Source: Micrococcaceae bacterium (GTDB lineage Bacteria > Actinomycetota > Actinomycetes > Actinomycetales > Micrococcaceae). Taken from it: 64,000 nucleotides of DNA. The stretch covers positions 434 through 64,433 of the forward strand of contig DAIQIR010000005.1 of the NCBI GenBank assembly GCA_036790915.1, in the 5' to 3' direction. Shown here one piece after another: positions 41,741 through 53,210 of the stretch. The position numbers were made by a program, and so were the translations under genes. The notes beneath the pieces are model-generated. The model was not told where the DNA came from. It saw only the letters and a program-made list of their open reading frames with translations, and did not search any database. Numbering within the stretch: position 1 is the first letter of the stretch; every line of letters begins with the position of its first letter.

Positions 41741-43336
41741 GTGACAGACAGTCAGAAATCCGACGAAACAGCAGCAGACCTGACCGAGGCAACGGCCCCC
41801 GTGGCCGCCCGGGCAGACGCTGACCAGGCAACCGCCGAACAGGCCACGGTTGGCGAAACCGTGGCTCAAGAGGATGTGGATCAAGAGGGCGTGGCCGCAC
41901 AGGCCGAAGGTGACGAGGCAGTGGCCGTGGTTGAAGAGAGTGCGGCCGTAGAGGCTCCGGCTCCGGCGCCGGTGCCTGCTCCGGCACCTCGTCCGGCCCC
42001 GTCGCCAGCAGCCTTCGCCGCCCGGCCCAAGCCGGCAGCAGCCGCACCGGCCGCAGCCCCGGCACCTGTCGCCTCCGCGACTTCCCTGGCGGAAGCCGCA
42101 CGGTGGGGCCGCGTCGAGGGTGACGGCCACGTGTTCCTGACGATCGACGGCGATGAGCACCCGGTGGGCCAGTACCCCGGTGTCAGCAATGACGAGGCCC
42201 TTGCCTACTTCGCGCGGAAGTATGACGACATTGTTGCGCAGGTTCTGCTCCTCGAGCAGCGCATCAGCTCCAAGGCTCCGAGCACTGACATGCAGAAAAC
42301 CGTCTCGCACCTGCGCGAGCAGCTGGCAGAACGGAACATGGTGGGCGACCTCCGTTCCGCTGAGGCGCGGCTGGATGCCGTTTCCGCGCAGATCACGGAA
42401 CTCGAAAAGGCAGAGAAGGCCGAACACGACGCCGTTCGTGCCTCCGAGCTCGCGGCCCGCGAGGCGATCGTGGCCGAAGCCGAAGAGATCTCGGGCCAGG
42501 ATCCTGCACAGATTCAGTGGAAGACCTCCAGCGCCCGGATGAACGAACTTTTTGAAAGCTGGAAGACAGCCCAGAAGAGCGGCATCCGGCTTGGCCGCAG
42601 CAACGAGGACGCATTGTGGAAGCGGTTCCGTGCGGCCCGCACCGTCTTTGACCGTCACCGCCGTGCATACTTCTCCCAGCTGGACAGCACCAACTCGGCC
42701 GCAAAATCGGCCAAGGAGAAGCTCATCACCGAAGCCGAGGCCCTGTCCTCGTCCACCGACTGGGGCTTCGCCGCTGGCGAATACCGCCGGCTGATGGATG
42801 AATGGAAGGCTTCACCGCGCGCCAGCCGCAAGGACGACGACGCTCTCTGGGCCCGTTTCCGGGCGGCCCAGGATGTGTTCTTCACGCACCGGCAGTCAGC
42901 CAACGAGGAGATCGACCAGGAATATGCCGCCAACCTCACGGTGAAGGAAGCGCTCCTGGTCGAAGCGAACGCCATCCTGCCCGTAAAAGACCTGGCCGCG
43001 GCCAAGAAGGCGCTCCAGTCTGTCCGCGACCGCTGGGAAGAAGCCGGCAAGGTCCCCCGCGCTGACATGGGACGCATCGAAGCGGCCCTGCGCAAGGTGG
43101 AGGACGCTGTCAGCCACGCCGAAGAGGAAAACTGGCAGCGCTCCAACCCCGAGACAAAGGCCCGCACCAACAGCGCCCTGTCGCAGTTGGAAGCCGCCAT
43201 CTCCGGCCTGCAGGACGATCTCGCCAAGGCAGAGAATGCCGGCGACGAGCGCAAGATCAAGGGGGCCCGCGAAGCCCTCGAGGCGAGGCAGGCCTGGCTT
43301 GACCAGATCCAGCGGTCGGCCAGCGAGCTTTCCTAG
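41741..43336 (+). CDS. DUF349 domain protein
   Basis: WGRV..DGHV, VGQYP and repeated W..FRAA..F helical units; usual position beside relA. Confidence 0.9.
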   Translation: MTDSQKSDETAADLTEATAPVAARADADQATAEQATVGETVAQEDVDQEGVAAQAEGDEAVAVVEESAAVEAPAPAPVPAPAPRPAPSPAAFAARPKPAAAAPAAAPAPVASATSLAEAARWGRVEGDGHVFLTIDGDEHPVGQYPGVSNDEALAYFARKYDDIVAQVLLLEQRISSKAPSTDMQKTVSHLREQLAERNMVGDLRSAEARLDAVSAQITELEKAEKAEHDAVRASELAAREAIVAEAEEISGQDPAQIQWKTSSARMNELFESWKTAQKSGIRLGRSNEDALWKRFRAARTVFDRHRRAYFSQLDSTNSAAKSAKEKLITEAEALSSSTDWGFAAGEYRRLMDEWKASPRASRKDDDALWARFRAAQDVFFTHRQSANEEIDQEYAANLTVKEALLVEANAILPVKDLAAAKKALQSVRDRWEEAGKVPRADMGRIEAALRKVEDAVSHAEEENWQRSNPETKARTNSALSQLEAAISGLQDDLAKAENAGDERKIKGAREALEARQAWLDQIQRSASELS

Positions 43337-43459
43337 TCGCATTTTGGCAGGACGCAGTTTGTAGGAAGCATTTGCAGGACGCATAGGCCCGGTCCCGGTT
43401 ATCCACATAGCCGGAACCGGGCCTGTGCGTGTTAAGGGAAGGCACGGCAGGATGAGGGC

Positions 43460-44239
43460 ATGGCCACCTCCTCACCGCCCCAATACCCGGAGCTGTACTC
43501 GCCGGGGAAGCCTTTCGCATGGCCGGAGCTCCAGTCGCTGGCGGCGGACGGTGTACTTGCACAGTTCCACCAACACGGATTTACGCTGCCCGATGCACCA
43601 GCAACACCGCAGGTACGGGCGCGAACGGTGGCCAACTCGGTGCCCGCAACAGTCAGGCAACGCGTGGTCGCCGGAAGGATGACGGCGGCCTGGATCTACG
43701 GCTGCGCGGCCGAACCGGACCGGCTGGCTTTGCTCGTGGATGCGAAACGGCGGATTTCGAGCCTCCGCAACACCCGGGGGTGCACCCTTCATGAGGTCAG
43801 GCTTGGTCCGTTCGACGTTGTCAGCATGGGCGGGCTGATGGTGTCCAGTCCGCTGCGTACCGCCGTGGATATTGCCTTGCACGTCGACGCCCACCGGGCC
43901 TTGCCGGCATTGGCAGGATTGTTGGCCCGCCCGGAGAGGGACGTGCGTCTGCGCCTGCTGGTCCTGGCCATCGAGGCCAGTCCCCGGGTCCCGCACAAAA
44001 GGGCCGCCCTGGAAAAACTGGCCCTGCTAACTCCGGCGCTTGCTGCCGGTGGTCCGGTAGACGTCAAAGACGCCGTCGATGCGCCGGACAGCGCTGAGGA
44101 CGTGGCTGAGGTACTTGGGGTCGCCCATCTCGAAGGCAAACCTGGAGATGGCCACGCGGTCGCTGGAGGTGTTCACGCTGGCCGCCAGAATGTTGACGTG
44201 GTTCTCGGACAGGACGCGCGTGACGTCCGAGAGCAGTGA
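43460..44239 (+). CDS. hypothetical protein with an AbiEi-antitoxin-like C-terminal motif; overlaps the relA 3' end
   Basis: TAAWIYG and [16 protein letters not shown] motifs; last ~70 codons are antisense to relA. Confidence 0.6.
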   Translation: MATSSPPQYPELYSPGKPFAWPELQSLAADGVLAQFHQHGFTLPDAPATPQVRARTVANSVPATVRQRVVAGRMTAAWIYGCAAEPDRLALLVDAKRRISSLRNTRGCTLHEVRLGPFDVVSMGGLMVSSPLRTAVDIALHVDAHRALPALAGLLARPERDVRLRLLVLAIEASPRVPHKRAALEKLALLTPALAAGGPVDVKDAVDAPDSAEDVAEVLGVAHLEGKPGDGHAVAGGVHAGRQNVDVVLGQDARDVREQ

Positions 44240-46420
44240 CTTGCGGTCCAGCGCCTCAACCTGGATTTCCACCAGGAAAACACTTGATTGGGTGGGCGCC
44301 CAGTCCACATCGACGATCCTGTCGGGCTGGTCCTTGAGATCGGAGACGTTGGTGCAGTCGGTGCGGTGTACCGACACACCGGAGCCGCGGGTGACGAATC
44401 CAAGAATCGGGTCCGGCGGAACGGGCGTACAGCAGCGGGCGAGCTTGACCCAGACATCGCCAACTCCGCGTACCACCACGCCGGAGTCGGAGAACTTGGT
44501 TTTGGTTACCTGCGTGGGGATGCTTACTTCAGTGATGTCGTCGTCGGTGCTCTCGTTGCCGCCCAGGCTTTCGACGAGTTTCTCCATGACGGACTGCGCT
44601 GACGTATGGCCGTCGCCAACGCCGGCGTAAAGCCCCGAGATGTCAACGTACTTGAACTCGGCGGCCACCGCAGCCAGGGCCTCGTGGGTCATCAGGCGCT
44701 GCAATGGCAGGTTCTGCTTCCGCATGGCCCGTGTCAGGAGTTCCTTGCCGCGGTCGATCGCTTCTTCGCGCCGCTCCTTGCTGAACCATTGACGGATCTT
44801 GTTCCGGGCGCGGGCACTCTTGACGAAATGCTGCCAGTCCTGGCTGGGCCCGGCCCCCTCGGCCTTGGAGGTAAAGATCTCAACCCAGTCGCCGTGGTTC
44901 AGTTCGCTGTTCAGGGGAACGAGCTTGCCGTTGACCCGGGCGCCGATGGTGCGGTGCCCCACTTCGGTGTGGACGGCGTAGGCAAAATCCACCGGAGTCG
45001 ATCCGGCCGGGAGTGCCATGACCTCGCCCTTGGGGGTGAAGACAAACACTTCGCGGGCATTAATCTCGAACCGCAGCGAATCCAGGAACTCGCCCGGATC
45101 GGAGGTCTCCTGCTGCCAGTCAACCAGGGACCGCAGCCAGCCCATATCGCCGTCGCGGGGGCTGCCCGGGCCGACGGCCGTGCGGTTGGGCTGGTCTTTG
45201 TACTTCCAGTGCGCGGCCACACCGTACTCCGCACGGCGATGCATTTCGTGGGTCCGGATCTGGATCTCCACGGGCTTGCCGCCGGGACCGATCACTGTGG
45301 TGTGCAATGACTGGTACATGTTGAACTTGGGCATGGCGATGTAGTCTTTGAACCGCCCCGGCAACGGGTTCCAGCGTGAATGCATGGTGCCCAGGGCGGC
45401 ATAACAGTCCCGGACCGAATCCACCAGCACCCGGACCCCCATGAGGTCGTTGATGTCGTCGAAATCCTTGTCCCGGACAACCATCTTCTGGTAGATCGAG
45501 TAATAGTGTTTCGGCCTGCCGGTAATGGTGGCCTTGATCCGGGCGGCCCTGAGGTCCTCCGTGATCTGGTCCCTGATGACGCCGAGACTCTTCTCCCGTT
45601 CCGGCGTGCGGTCCCCCACCATCCGGACGATTTCCTCGTAGACCTTCGGGTAAAGGGCCGCGAAGGAAAGATCCTCCAGCTCCCATTTGATGGTGTTCAT
45701 GCCAAGACGGTGGGCCAGGGGGGAAAATATTTCCAGGGTTTCGCGGGCTTTTCGTGCCGAGGACTCTGCAGAGACGAACCGCCAGGTCCGGGCGTTGTGG
45801 AGCCTGTCCGCGAGCTTGATCATCAGGACCCGGATGTCCTTGGCCATGGCCACAACCATTTTGCGGACGGTCTCGGACTGCGCAGCTTCGCCAAAGCTGA
45901 CCTTGTCCAGTTTGGTGACGCCGTCCACCAGCATGGCAACCTCTGGGCCGAATTCCTTTTTGAGGTCCACCAGTGTGTACGGGGTGTCCTCCACCGTGTC
46001 GTGGAGGAGGGCGGCGGCGAGCGTGGTTCCACTCAGGCCCAGCTCGGCGAGGATGGTGGCTACGGCCACAGGGTGGGTGATGTACGGATCACCGCTCTTG
46101 CGCTTCTGCCCGCGGTGGCTGCGCTCCGCAACTTCGAAGGCGCGCTGGATGAGATCGAAATCTTCCTTCGGGTTGTTGGCCCGGACGGTACGCAGAAGCG
46201 GTTCAAGAATCGGCGAATAGCTTGCTGCGCCGCGGCCGGTCAACCGGGCCAGCCGGGAGCGTGTGCGTTCACGGCGGCCAGGGAAGGTTGGGCGCGCGCC
46301 CGAATTGTCCACAGGAACAACCGGCGCGGGGCGTGCCGAAGCGGTCAGCCCGGTCTGAAGACCGTGGCCTGGAGTATCATCCGCGCCTGCCGTTGGCACC
46401 GACGCCGAACGTTCTTCCAA
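44027..46420 (-). CDS. relA: bifunctional (p)ppGpp synthetase/hydrolase Rel
   Basis: [20 protein letters not shown] and EIQIRT motifs plus TGS and ACT domains; TTG start at 46420 with GAGGGG SD. Confidence 0.97.
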   Translation of the reverse strand: MEERSASVPTAGADDTPGHGLQTGLTASARPAPVVPVDNSGARPTFPGRRERTRSRLARLTGRGAASYSPILEPLLRTVRANNPKEDFDLIQRAFEVAERSHRGQKRKSGDPYITHPVAVATILAELGLSGTTLAAALLHDTVEDTPYTLVDLKKEFGPEVAMLVDGVTKLDKVSFGEAAQSETVRKMVVAMAKDIRVLMIKLADRLHNARTWRFVSAESSARKARETLEIFSPLAHRLGMNTIKWELEDLSFAALYPKVYEEIVRMVGDRTPEREKSLGVIRDQITEDLRAARIKATITGRPKHYYSIYQKMVVRDKDFDDINDLMGVRVLVDSVRDCYAALGTMHSRWNPLPGRFKDYIAMPKFNMYQSLHTTVIGPGGKPVEIQIRTHEMHRRAEYGVAAHWKYKDQPNRTAVGPGSPRDGDMGWLRSLVDWQQETSDPGEFLDSLRFEINAREVFVFTPKGEVMALPAGSTPVDFAYAVHTEVGHRTIGARVNGKLVPLNSELNHGDWVEIFTSKAEGAGPSQDWQHFVKSARARNKIRQWFSKERREEAIDRGKELLTRAMRKQNLPLQRLMTHEALAAVAAEFKYVDISGLYAGVGDGHTSAQSVMEKLVESLGGNESTDDDITEVSIPTQVTKTKFSDSGVVVRGVGDVWVKLARCCTPVPPDPILGFVTRGSGVSVHRTDCTNVSDLKDQPDRIVDVDWAPTQSSVFLVEIQVEALDRKSLLSDVTRVLSENHVNILAASVNTSSDRVAISRFAFEMGDPKYLSHVLSAVRRIDGVFDVYRTTGSKRRS

Positions 46421-46499
46421 TGAAGCACCCCTCACGACTGTTTAATTACCTCAGTCTATTCCCCCGCCAGTTCACTTATGTAACCGCCGCTTAAATGCG

Positions 46500-46543
46500 A
46501 ACGGGCCGGAAGGCGTCGGAATTCCGACGCCTTCCGGCCCGTT
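46500..46543. terminator. perfect 44-bp palindrome after secF
   Basis: aacgggccggaaggcgtcggaa|ttccgacgccttccggcccgtt. Confidence 0.75.
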
Positions 46544-46556
46544 GTGATGCGAAGGT

Positions 46557-47579
46557 TCAGGCCCCTGCGGACGCAGCCGACGCGTCGGCGCGGTCGGTGT
46601 TCCCGGCCCGCCGTTGCTCGACCCGTTTCGCCTGCTTCACCAGGCCAGGTTCGTTCTGGCGCAGCCAGGCATACATCGGGGCGGCAACAAAGATGGTGGC
46701 AGCCGTACCGATCAGAATTCCTACGAACAACGCAAGCGAGAGGTCACGGAGCGTTCCTGCACCCAGCAGCCCGGCACCGATGAACAGGATGGCGCCCACC
46801 GGGAGGATGGCCACCATCATGGTGTTGATCGAACGGACCAGCGTCTGGTTCACCGCGAGGTTGACTTCCTCTGCGAAAGTACGGCGTGTGGATGCGGAAA
46901 CTTCCGCCGTGTTTTCGCGGATCTTGTCGAACACCACCACGGTGTCGTACAGCGAGTAGCTGAGGACAGTCAGGAAGCCGATAACGGCCGACGGCGTGAC
47001 TTCAAAATCGCTCAGCGCGTACACACCGGCAGTGATGAACATCGTGACCAGCATGCCCGAAACGGCCGACAGCGACATCTTCCAGGTCCGGAAGTAGAGC
47101 GCCATGAGGACTGCGGCGAGGAGCACAAACACCACCAGGCCGATCAGGGCCTGCTTGGTGACATCCGCACCCCACGTGGGACCAACAAAGGTGGAGGTCA
47201 CCTCGTTGTCGGTGACGCCGTAGGCAGATGTCAGCCCCGCCTTGATTTTGAGGGTCTCATCATCAGTGAGTTTGTCCGTCTGAATCCGCATCGTGGTGCC
47301 GGCCACGTTGGCCACGCGAGGAATAGCTCCCGGCACCACGTCCTGCACGGCCTGTTCGCCCGCGCCGGCATCGGTGGTCTTCACGTTGGACACTGTGAAC
47401 TCGGACCCGCCGCGGAATTCGATGCCAAGGTTGAAACCGCCCTTGGCAACGGGGATGAGGATGGACAGTGCCACCGCCACCGCTGCGATCAGGAACCAGA
47501 CTTTCTTGGCCCCGACAAAGTTGTAGGAGCGCTTGCCGGAGTAAAGCTCGTTGCCGAAATTGGCGAAGCTGCTGGACAT
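46557..47579 (-). CDS. secF: protein translocase subunit SecF
   Basis: GIEFRGG, YSLYDTVVVFDKIRE and TLVRSINT motifs. Confidence 0.96.
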   Translation of the reverse strand: MSSSFANFGNELYSGKRSYNFVGAKKVWFLIAAVAVALSILIPVAKGGFNLGIEFRGGSEFTVSNVKTTDAGAGEQAVQDVVPGAIPRVANVAGTTMRIQTDKLTDDETLKIKAGLTSAYGVTDNEVTSTFVGPTWGADVTKQALIGLVVFVLLAAVLMALYFRTWKMSLSAVSGMLVTMFITAGVYALSDFEVTPSAVIGFLTVLSYSLYDTVVVFDKIRENTAEVSASTRRTFAEEVNLAVNQTLVRSINTMMVAILPVGAILFIGAGLLGAGTLRDLSLALFVGILIGTAATIFVAAPMYAWLRQNEPGLVKQAKRVEQRRAGNTDRADASAASAGA

Positions 47580-49336
47580 TACTTGTTCTCCTTGGCTGCG
47601 CCGTTGGAGGAGCCCGTGAGCTGCTCCTGCTTTTCCGCGAGGCGGCGTTCGGCAATGGTCATCCTGCGGACTGCCTCGGCCGCCGCTCCCGTGTTCTTGG
47701 CACGGACCACGTCGGGCCTGGCCTCGGGCGTACGGAGGCGCCCGGCGCCGCGGTAGAGCGGCACAACGCCGAGGCGTTTGGGGTCAAGGCCGGAGAAGAT
47801 GTGGCCTTCGCCGAAGAACTTGGTACGTGCGAGCAGCTGCAGGGTCGGGTGGGTGAACATAAAGACCACGATGAGGTCCGCGATGGCCGTCAGGCCGAGG
47901 GTGAATGCGAAGCCTCGGACGTTGCCTACGGCGACGAAGTAGAGGACAAGAGCGGCCAGCAGGTTCACGGCCTTGGAGGCCAGGACGGTGCGCTTGGCAC
48001 GCTTCCAGCCGTTTTCGACGGCGGAGACCAGGCCCCGGCCCTCGCGCAGCTCGTCTCGGATGCGTTCAAAGTAAACAATGAACGAGTCAGCGGTCTGACC
48101 GATCGCCACGATGAGGCCGGCGACGCCCGCAAGGGAGAGCCGGTAGTTTTCGGTCCACCCCAGAATCGCGATGGCGAGATAGGTAAGGGCACCGGCCACC
48201 ACCAGCGACGCAATAGTGACGAACCCCAGGGCGCGGTACTGGAACAGTGAGTAGACCACCACCAGCATCAGGCCGATCAGACCGGCCAGCAGGCCCATGC
48301 GCAGCTGTTCGCCACCGAGGGTGGCGGAAATCTGCTGCTCGCTCTGGATATCGAAGCTGATGGGAAGCGCACCGAACCGCAGCTGGTCAGAAAGGGCTTT
48401 GGCGCTCTGCTCGGTGAAGTTACCGGTGATCTGGGGCCGTCCGTCAGTAATCACAGCCAGCGACCGCGGTGCCGAGATGACCTGGTCATCGAGGACAATC
48501 GCGAACTGGGCCTTGGGATCGTTGCCCGACTCGCCGCCGGCAGCCACGTAGAACTGGTTCAGGCGCTGGGTGACTTCTTTGAACTTGGCCGTGCCTTCGC
48601 CATCGAACTGGATGTTCACGGCCCACTGGTTCGTGACAGCACCCTGGGATCCCCGCTGAAGCTGGAACGAGGACGTGACAATGTTGGTGCCTTTGACTTC
48701 GACGGGGCCCAGGATGTACTTCAGGGCCGGCGTTTTGGCCGTGGCAGGTTCGCAGGTGACCAGCGGTTTGGTGGGATCTGACCGTTTCTGCTTGTCCTGG
48801 GACGGGTTGTCGCAGTCGAGGGTTTCGAAGGCGCCGTAAACCTCGGGAGTGATCCAGTTGACGTCGCTGCTGTTGGCCGGTTCCGCGGTGGGCTTCGGCA
48901 ACTGGTCAACAGGCGTGAGGGACTCGGCCGGGACAGCTGCGCCGGCTCCGTTCAGAAGGACCGGGCGGAAGTTCATGTCGGCGGACGCCTGGATCAAAGC
49001 CCTGGTCTGGGTGGAAGGCGTACCCGGAAGACTGACCACAACGTTGCGGCCGGACTGGGTGCTGATTTCCGCTTCGGCAACACCTGAGCCATCCACACGC
49101 TGGCGGATGATGGCCACGGCCTGGTTGAGCTGCTGTTCATTGATGTCCGAACCGCCCTCAACCTTCGGCGCCAGGATCATCTGGGTGCCGCCTTCAAGGT
49201 CCAGCGCCAGCTTGGGTGACCAGCTCGCCTGTCCGGCGATGGTGCCGGCAGCCAGGACGGCGGTCAGCGCTGCCAGGACTACACCGAGCCAGACCAGTAC
49301 CCGGAGGCCTGCTTTCTTGGGGCCAGTTCGTGCCAT
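47579..49336 (-). CDS. secD: protein translocase subunit SecD
   Basis: LALDLEGG and ADSFIVYFERIRDE motifs. Confidence 0.96.
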   Translation of the reverse strand: MARTGPKKAGLRVLVWLGVVLAALTAVLAAGTIAGQASWSPKLALDLEGGTQMILAPKVEGGSDINEQQLNQAVAIIRQRVDGSGVAEAEISTQSGRNVVVSLPGTPSTQTRALIQASADMNFRPVLLNGAGAAVPAESLTPVDQLPKPTAEPANSSDVNWITPEVYGAFETLDCDNPSQDKQKRSDPTKPLVTCEPATAKTPALKYILGPVEVKGTNIVTSSFQLQRGSQGAVTNQWAVNIQFDGEGTAKFKEVTQRLNQFYVAAGGESGNDPKAQFAIVLDDQVISAPRSLAVITDGRPQITGNFTEQSAKALSDQLRFGALPISFDIQSEQQISATLGGEQLRMGLLAGLIGLMLVVVYSLFQYRALGFVTIASLVVAGALTYLAIAILGWTENYRLSLAGVAGLIVAIGQTADSFIVYFERIRDELREGRGLVSAVENGWKRAKRTVLASKAVNLLAALVLYFVAVGNVRGFAFTLGLTAIADLIVVFMFTHPTLQLLARTKFFGEGHIFSGLDPKRLGVVPLYRGAGRLRTPEARPDVVRAKNTGAAAEAVRRMTIAERRLAEKQEQLTGSSNGAAKENK

Positions 49337-49448
49337 TGTCGATCTTTCTCTTATTTACGGAGGAACCACCGGCGGGGAGCTACAGGTCCCGCCGGCAGTT
49401 GTCCCCAGCCGTAGAGGTGTTGGAACGCAGGTTGCCTTGCGGCGCGGA

Positions 49449-49847
49449 CTAGCTGTCCTTCTTGCCCTCGTCGTTGAGGCGCTTCAGGGCTTCGTCGGAA
49501 CTCTCGGCGGCGGCCGTCGGGATGCCAGCTTCGTCGGCGGTCAGGGAAGAAGCGTCATCCGGGACTGCCGAAGCGTCGGCTTCGACGGGCGGCTCCACGA
49601 TCTTGGTCACGGACTGGCGGTGCACGGTGGCCAGATTCCCGGGCGAGAGTTCCAGGACAACCTTGTTCTCGGCGTCGTCCATGGAGACGATCCGGCCAAA
49701 CAGTCCAAAGCTCGTCATGACCTCGACACCGGGCTCGAACTGGGACTGCAGCGTTGCCTGCTGATCCTTGGTCTTCTTGTTCCGGCGGAACATCATGAAG
49801 ACAAAGATTCCTAGCATGGCGAACAAGACGATGTTCATTGGATCCAC
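49449..49847 (-). CDS. yajC: preprotein translocase subunit YajC
   Basis: N-terminal TM and GVEVMTSFGLFGRI; upstream of secD. Confidence 0.9.
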   Translation of the reverse strand: MDPMNIVLFAMLGIFVFMMFRRNKKTKDQQATLQSQFEPGVEVMTSFGLFGRIVSMDDAENKVVLELSPGNLATVHRQSVTKIVEPPVEADASAVPDDASSLTADEAGIPTAAAESSDEALKRLNDEGKKDS

Positions 49848-50021
49848 AGGAAAGATTCCGTTCTGTACTGGCGTATCAGGTGTTTAGCAACATTCGCGTC
49901 GTTCCCCGAAGCAGAAAATCGTGCCTGGCAGGCAACGGCTCCTCAGAGCCGCCGGCGGGAACAAAGACCCGAACGTGCCGAGTGTCATACCAGTCTAAAG
50001 GGAAAAGCTGGGAGGACGGTC

Positions 50022-51110
50022 CTATTGGCTGTTCGGCGCCCATTCGGCCGCGGTCCCGCTGCTGTCCGGGTCCGGATCGAACAGATCCAGCGGCTCTTGG
50101 CCAAAAACTCCCGCCGGAACGGCGAAGCCCAGATGTGTCCAGGCCGGGGCCATGGCAATGCGGCCCCGGGGTGTCCGGCCAAGGAGTCCCTCCCGGACCA
50201 GGAACGGCTCCGCCACGGTTTCGACGGTCTCGGTCTCCTCCCCTACTGCAATGGCCAGGGTTGAAAGTCCCACGGGTCCGCCGCCGAATTTCGTGATCAG
50301 CGCTTCGAGTACGGCACGGTCCAGCCGGTCCAGGCCTCGCTTGTCCACTTCATACATGTCCAGGGCCGCTGACGCGGCCCGCGCATCGATCTGCTCAATC
50401 CCGTGCACGAGCGCCCAGTCCCGGACCCTGCGGAGCAGACGGTTGGCGATGCGCGGCGTCCCCCTGGACCGGCCGGCAATTTCACTGAAGCCCGCAGAGT
50501 TGACCTTGAGGTCCAACAGGCCCGCGGAGCGCCTGAGCACCATTTCGAGCTCGGCCACGCTGTAGAACTCCAGATGCCCGGTGAACCCGAACCTGTCCCT
50601 GAGCGGCCCGGGCAGCAGACCGGCGCGGGTGGTGGCTCCGACGAGCGTGAACGGCGGGAGGTCCAGCGGGATGGCGGTGGCGCCAGCGCCCTTGCCCACC
50701 ACAATGTCCACACGGAAATCTTCCATGGCCATGTACAGCATTTCCTCGGCGGGCCTGGACATCCGGTGGATTTCGTCCAGGAACAGGACCTCACCTTCGG
50801 ATAGGGAGGACAGAATAGCGGCGAGGTCACCGGCATGCTGGATGGCGGGACCGCTGCTGATCCGCAGGGGCGCGTTCATTTCGGCGGCCACGATCATGGC
50901 CAGGGTGGTTTTGCCCAGGCCGGGAGGGCCGGAAAACAGCACGTGGTCCGCGCTGCGTCCGCGCATCCGGGAGGCTTGCAGGACCAGTGAGAGTTGCCTG
51001 CGGACCCGGTGCTGGCCTACGAAGTCATCCAGGTTCTTCGGCCGGAGGGCGGCTTCGATCGCCCGCTCCTCGGGCTCCTCCCCCGCCGCCACTACCGACG
51101 GCTCAGCCAC
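50022..51110 (-). CDS. ruvB: Holliday junction branch-migration helicase RuvB
   Basis: [15 protein letters not shown] and [13 protein letters not shown] motifs. Confidence 0.97.
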   Translation of the reverse strand: MAEPSVVAAGEEPEERAIEAALRPKNLDDFVGQHRVRRQLSLVLQASRMRGRSADHVLFSGPPGLGKTTLAMIVAAEMNAPLRISSGPAIQHAGDLAAILSSLSEGEVLFLDEIHRMSRPAEEMLYMAMEDFRVDIVVGKGAGATAIPLDLPPFTLVGATTRAGLLPGPLRDRFGFTGHLEFYSVAELEMVLRRSAGLLDLKVNSAGFSEIAGRSRGTPRIANRLLRRVRDWALVHGIEQIDARAASAALDMYEVDKRGLDRLDRAVLEALITKFGGGPVGLSTLAIAVGEETETVETVAEPFLVREGLLGRTPRGRIAMAPAWTHLGFAVPAGVFGQEPLDLFDPDPDSSGTAAEWAPNSQ

Positions 51111-51747
51111 GGCTGCCTACGCGGTTGCCGGCGCGCGCGCCATCCTGGCCCAGCCAGCGCAGCGTGGTCCGCAGGATCTCGGCCACATTTCCCCGGAAGG
51201 AAACCTCGGGATCGTCGGCAAGGGCCTTCTCGATACTGGCTGTTGCATCCTTTTCCGACCAGCCAAGGCTGGTCATGGCCGCCACCACCTGCGGCTTCCA
51301 GGCCGCCTCGGCCGGGGTGGACGCGCCAGCGGCACCGGCCGTGCCGTGCGGCACCAGCTTGCCGGCCAGTTCCAGCACGATCCGGCCGGCCACCTTCGGC
51401 CCGATGCCGGGCACCTTGGTGAACGTTTTGCTGTCACCCGTGTGGGCGGCAACCCGGATCGCTTCAGGCTCGTGCACGGCCAGCACCGCCAGCGCGAGCC
51501 GCGGACCCACGCCGCTGACGCTGAGCAGGACATCGAAGACTTCACGTTCGTCGTCGGAGGCAAAGCCAAACAGGGTGAGGGAATCCTCACGGACGATCAG
51601 CGAGGTGAAGAGCTTGCCTTCCTCGCCGGTGCGGAGGCGGCTGAGGGTCTGCGGCGTGGCGTTGACGCTCATGCCCGCCCCGTTGAGGTCGATCACGGCG
51701 GTGGAAAGGCCAACGTGCGCTACGGTTCCGCGAAGGAAACTGATCAA
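51103..51747 (-). CDS. ruvA: Holliday junction branch-migration protein RuvA
   Basis: [18 protein letters not shown] and VPGIGPK HhH motifs. Confidence 0.96.
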   Translation of the reverse strand: MISFLRGTVAHVGLSTAVIDLNGAGMSVNATPQTLSRLRTGEEGKLFTSLIVREDSLTLFGFASDDEREVFDVLLSVSGVGPRLALAVLAVHEPEAIRVAAHTGDSKTFTKVPGIGPKVAGRIVLELAGKLVPHGTAGAAGASTPAEAAWKPQVVAAMTSLGWSEKDATASIEKALADDPEVSFRGNVAEILRTTLRWLGQDGARAGNRVGSRG

Positions 51748-51796
51748 AGCCGGGCTCCTGGTGTACTGCCGGGCTCATGGGGGTAGGACCGGCTAT

Positions 51797-51812
51797 CCGA
51801 ACATATCTACGA
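51797..51812. promoter_or_regulatory. possible LexA (SOS) box upstream of ruvAB
   Basis: CCGAACATATCTACGA versus actinobacterial consensus TCGAAC-N4-GTTCGA (3 mismatches), just downstream of a TAGGGT -10 on the minus strand. Confidence 0.45.
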
Positions 51813-51837
51813 ATACCCTAGCAAGGGCTGCGGACAT

Positions 51838-52416
51838 TCAGCGTGCGCGGCGCGCTTTCGCCTCGGCATCGGCCCAGGCGCGCTGGGCCGGCGTCAGCGA
51901 CTGGCTGCCCGGACCGGTGGTGACCACGGAGGCGCCGCTGCCCGCCCGCCAGGCATGGGTGATGGCCAGGGCCAGGGCATCTGCGGCGTCCGCCGGCCGC
52001 GGCGGCGCATCCAGCCTGAGGATCTTGGTGACGAGTTTGGTCACGGCATCCTTGTTGGAGGTGCCGCTGCCTGTGACGGCGGCTTTCACTTCCGACGGCG
52101 TGTGCAGCGCCACCGGGATCCCGCGCCGGGCCGCGGCGGCGATGACCACGCCGGAGGCCTGAGCCACCCCCATCACCGTGCTGACGTTGAGTTGGGAAAA
52201 TACACGTTCGACGGCGAGGACGTGCGGCTCGTAACGGTCTAGCCACTCGTCGATAGCCAGGGCGATCACCAGCAGCCGCTGGTCCAGGGTCTCCTCGGGA
52301 GAGGTGCCCACCACCCCGACGGCCACCATTGTGGCCCGCCTGTTCCGCTCGACGTCGACCACGCCGATGCCGCAGCGGGTGAGGCCCGGGTCAACGCCCA
52401 ACACGCGCAGGGTCAC
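51838..52416 (-). CDS. ruvC: crossover junction endodeoxyribonuclease RuvC
   Basis: LGVDPG, VERVF and [12 protein letters not shown] motifs. Confidence 0.97.
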   Translation of the reverse strand: MTLRVLGVDPGLTRCGIGVVDVERNRRATMVAVGVVGTSPEETLDQRLLVIALAIDEWLDRYEPHVLAVERVFSQLNVSTVMGVAQASGVVIAAAARRGIPVALHTPSEVKAAVTGSGTSNKDAVTKLVTKILRLDAPPRPADAADALALAITHAWRAGSGASVVTTGPGSQSLTPAQRAWADAEAKARRAR

Positions 52417-52451
52417 CCTGGGACAACCGCCCTAGGCCGCACAGCGGAAGG

Positions 52452-53207
52452 TCACTCAGCTTCCAGGGCGGCCTGGACTTCGTCGCTGAGGTCGGCGTTG
52501 CTGTAGACGTTCTGGACGTCGTCGAGTTCTTCCAGAGCGTCAACGAGCTTCATGAACTTCTTGGCAGCCTCCAGGTCAAGCGGCACTTCCATCGAAGGAA
52601 CGAATTCGGCCTCGTCGGTGTCGTACTCGATGCCGGCGTCCTTGAGGGCGTCACGGATGGCCTGGAGGTCGGTCGGCTCGGAATGGATCTCGAAGCTGTC
52701 GCCGTTGTCTTTGACTTCCTCGGCACCGGCCTCGAGAACTGCCATCAGGACGTCGTCCTCGGTCAGGTCCTTCTTGGGCAGGGATACCACGCCCTTGCGG
52801 CTGAAGAGGTAGCTGACCGAACCGGGATCGGCGATGGTTCCGCCGTTGCGGGAGATAGCGAGCCGGACCTCGGAGGCGGCGCGGTTCTTGTTGTCCGTGA
52901 GGCACTCGATCAGCAGCGCCGAACCCTGCGGGCCGCGGCACTCGTACATGATCTCGCTGTAGTCAACCACTTCACCGGTCAGGCCGGCGCCACGCTTGAT
53001 GGCACGGTCGATGTTGTCGGCAGGAACGGAGGTCTTCTTGGCTTTGGTGACGGCAAGTTCCAGGCCCGGGTTGCCGGCGAGGTCCGGTCCGCCCATGCGG
53101 GCAGCGACTTCGATGTTCTTGATCAGCTTGGCGAACGATTTTGCGCGTCGGCTATCGAGGATGGCCTTCTTGTGCTTGGTTGTTGCCCATTTGGAGTGTC
53201 CTGACAT
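52452..53207 (-). CDS. YebC/PmpR-family protein
   Basis: [21 protein letters not shown] and DDVQNVYSN motifs. Confidence 0.96.
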   Translation of the reverse strand: MSGHSKWATTKHKKAILDSRRAKSFAKLIKNIEVAARMGGPDLAGNPGLELAVTKAKKTSVPADNIDRAIKRGAGLTGEVVDYSEIMYECRGPQGSALLIECLTDNKNRAASEVRLAISRNGGTIADPGSVSYLFSRKGVVSLPKKDLTEDDVLMAVLEAGAEEVKDNGDSFEIHSEPTDLQAIRDALKDAGIEYDTDEAEFVPSMEVPLDLEAAKKFMKLVDALEELDDVQNVYSNADLSDEVQAALEAE

Positions 53208-53210
53208 GCT

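Noticed and set aside
43460..44239. Complete type IV toxin-antitoxin or phage-defence system
   Set aside because: No nucleotidyltransferase toxin gene adjacent, and the family assignment rests on short motifs only
49369..49396. Short hairpin between yajC and secD
   Set aside because: Short GC stem without a U-tract inside an operon; too weak to call
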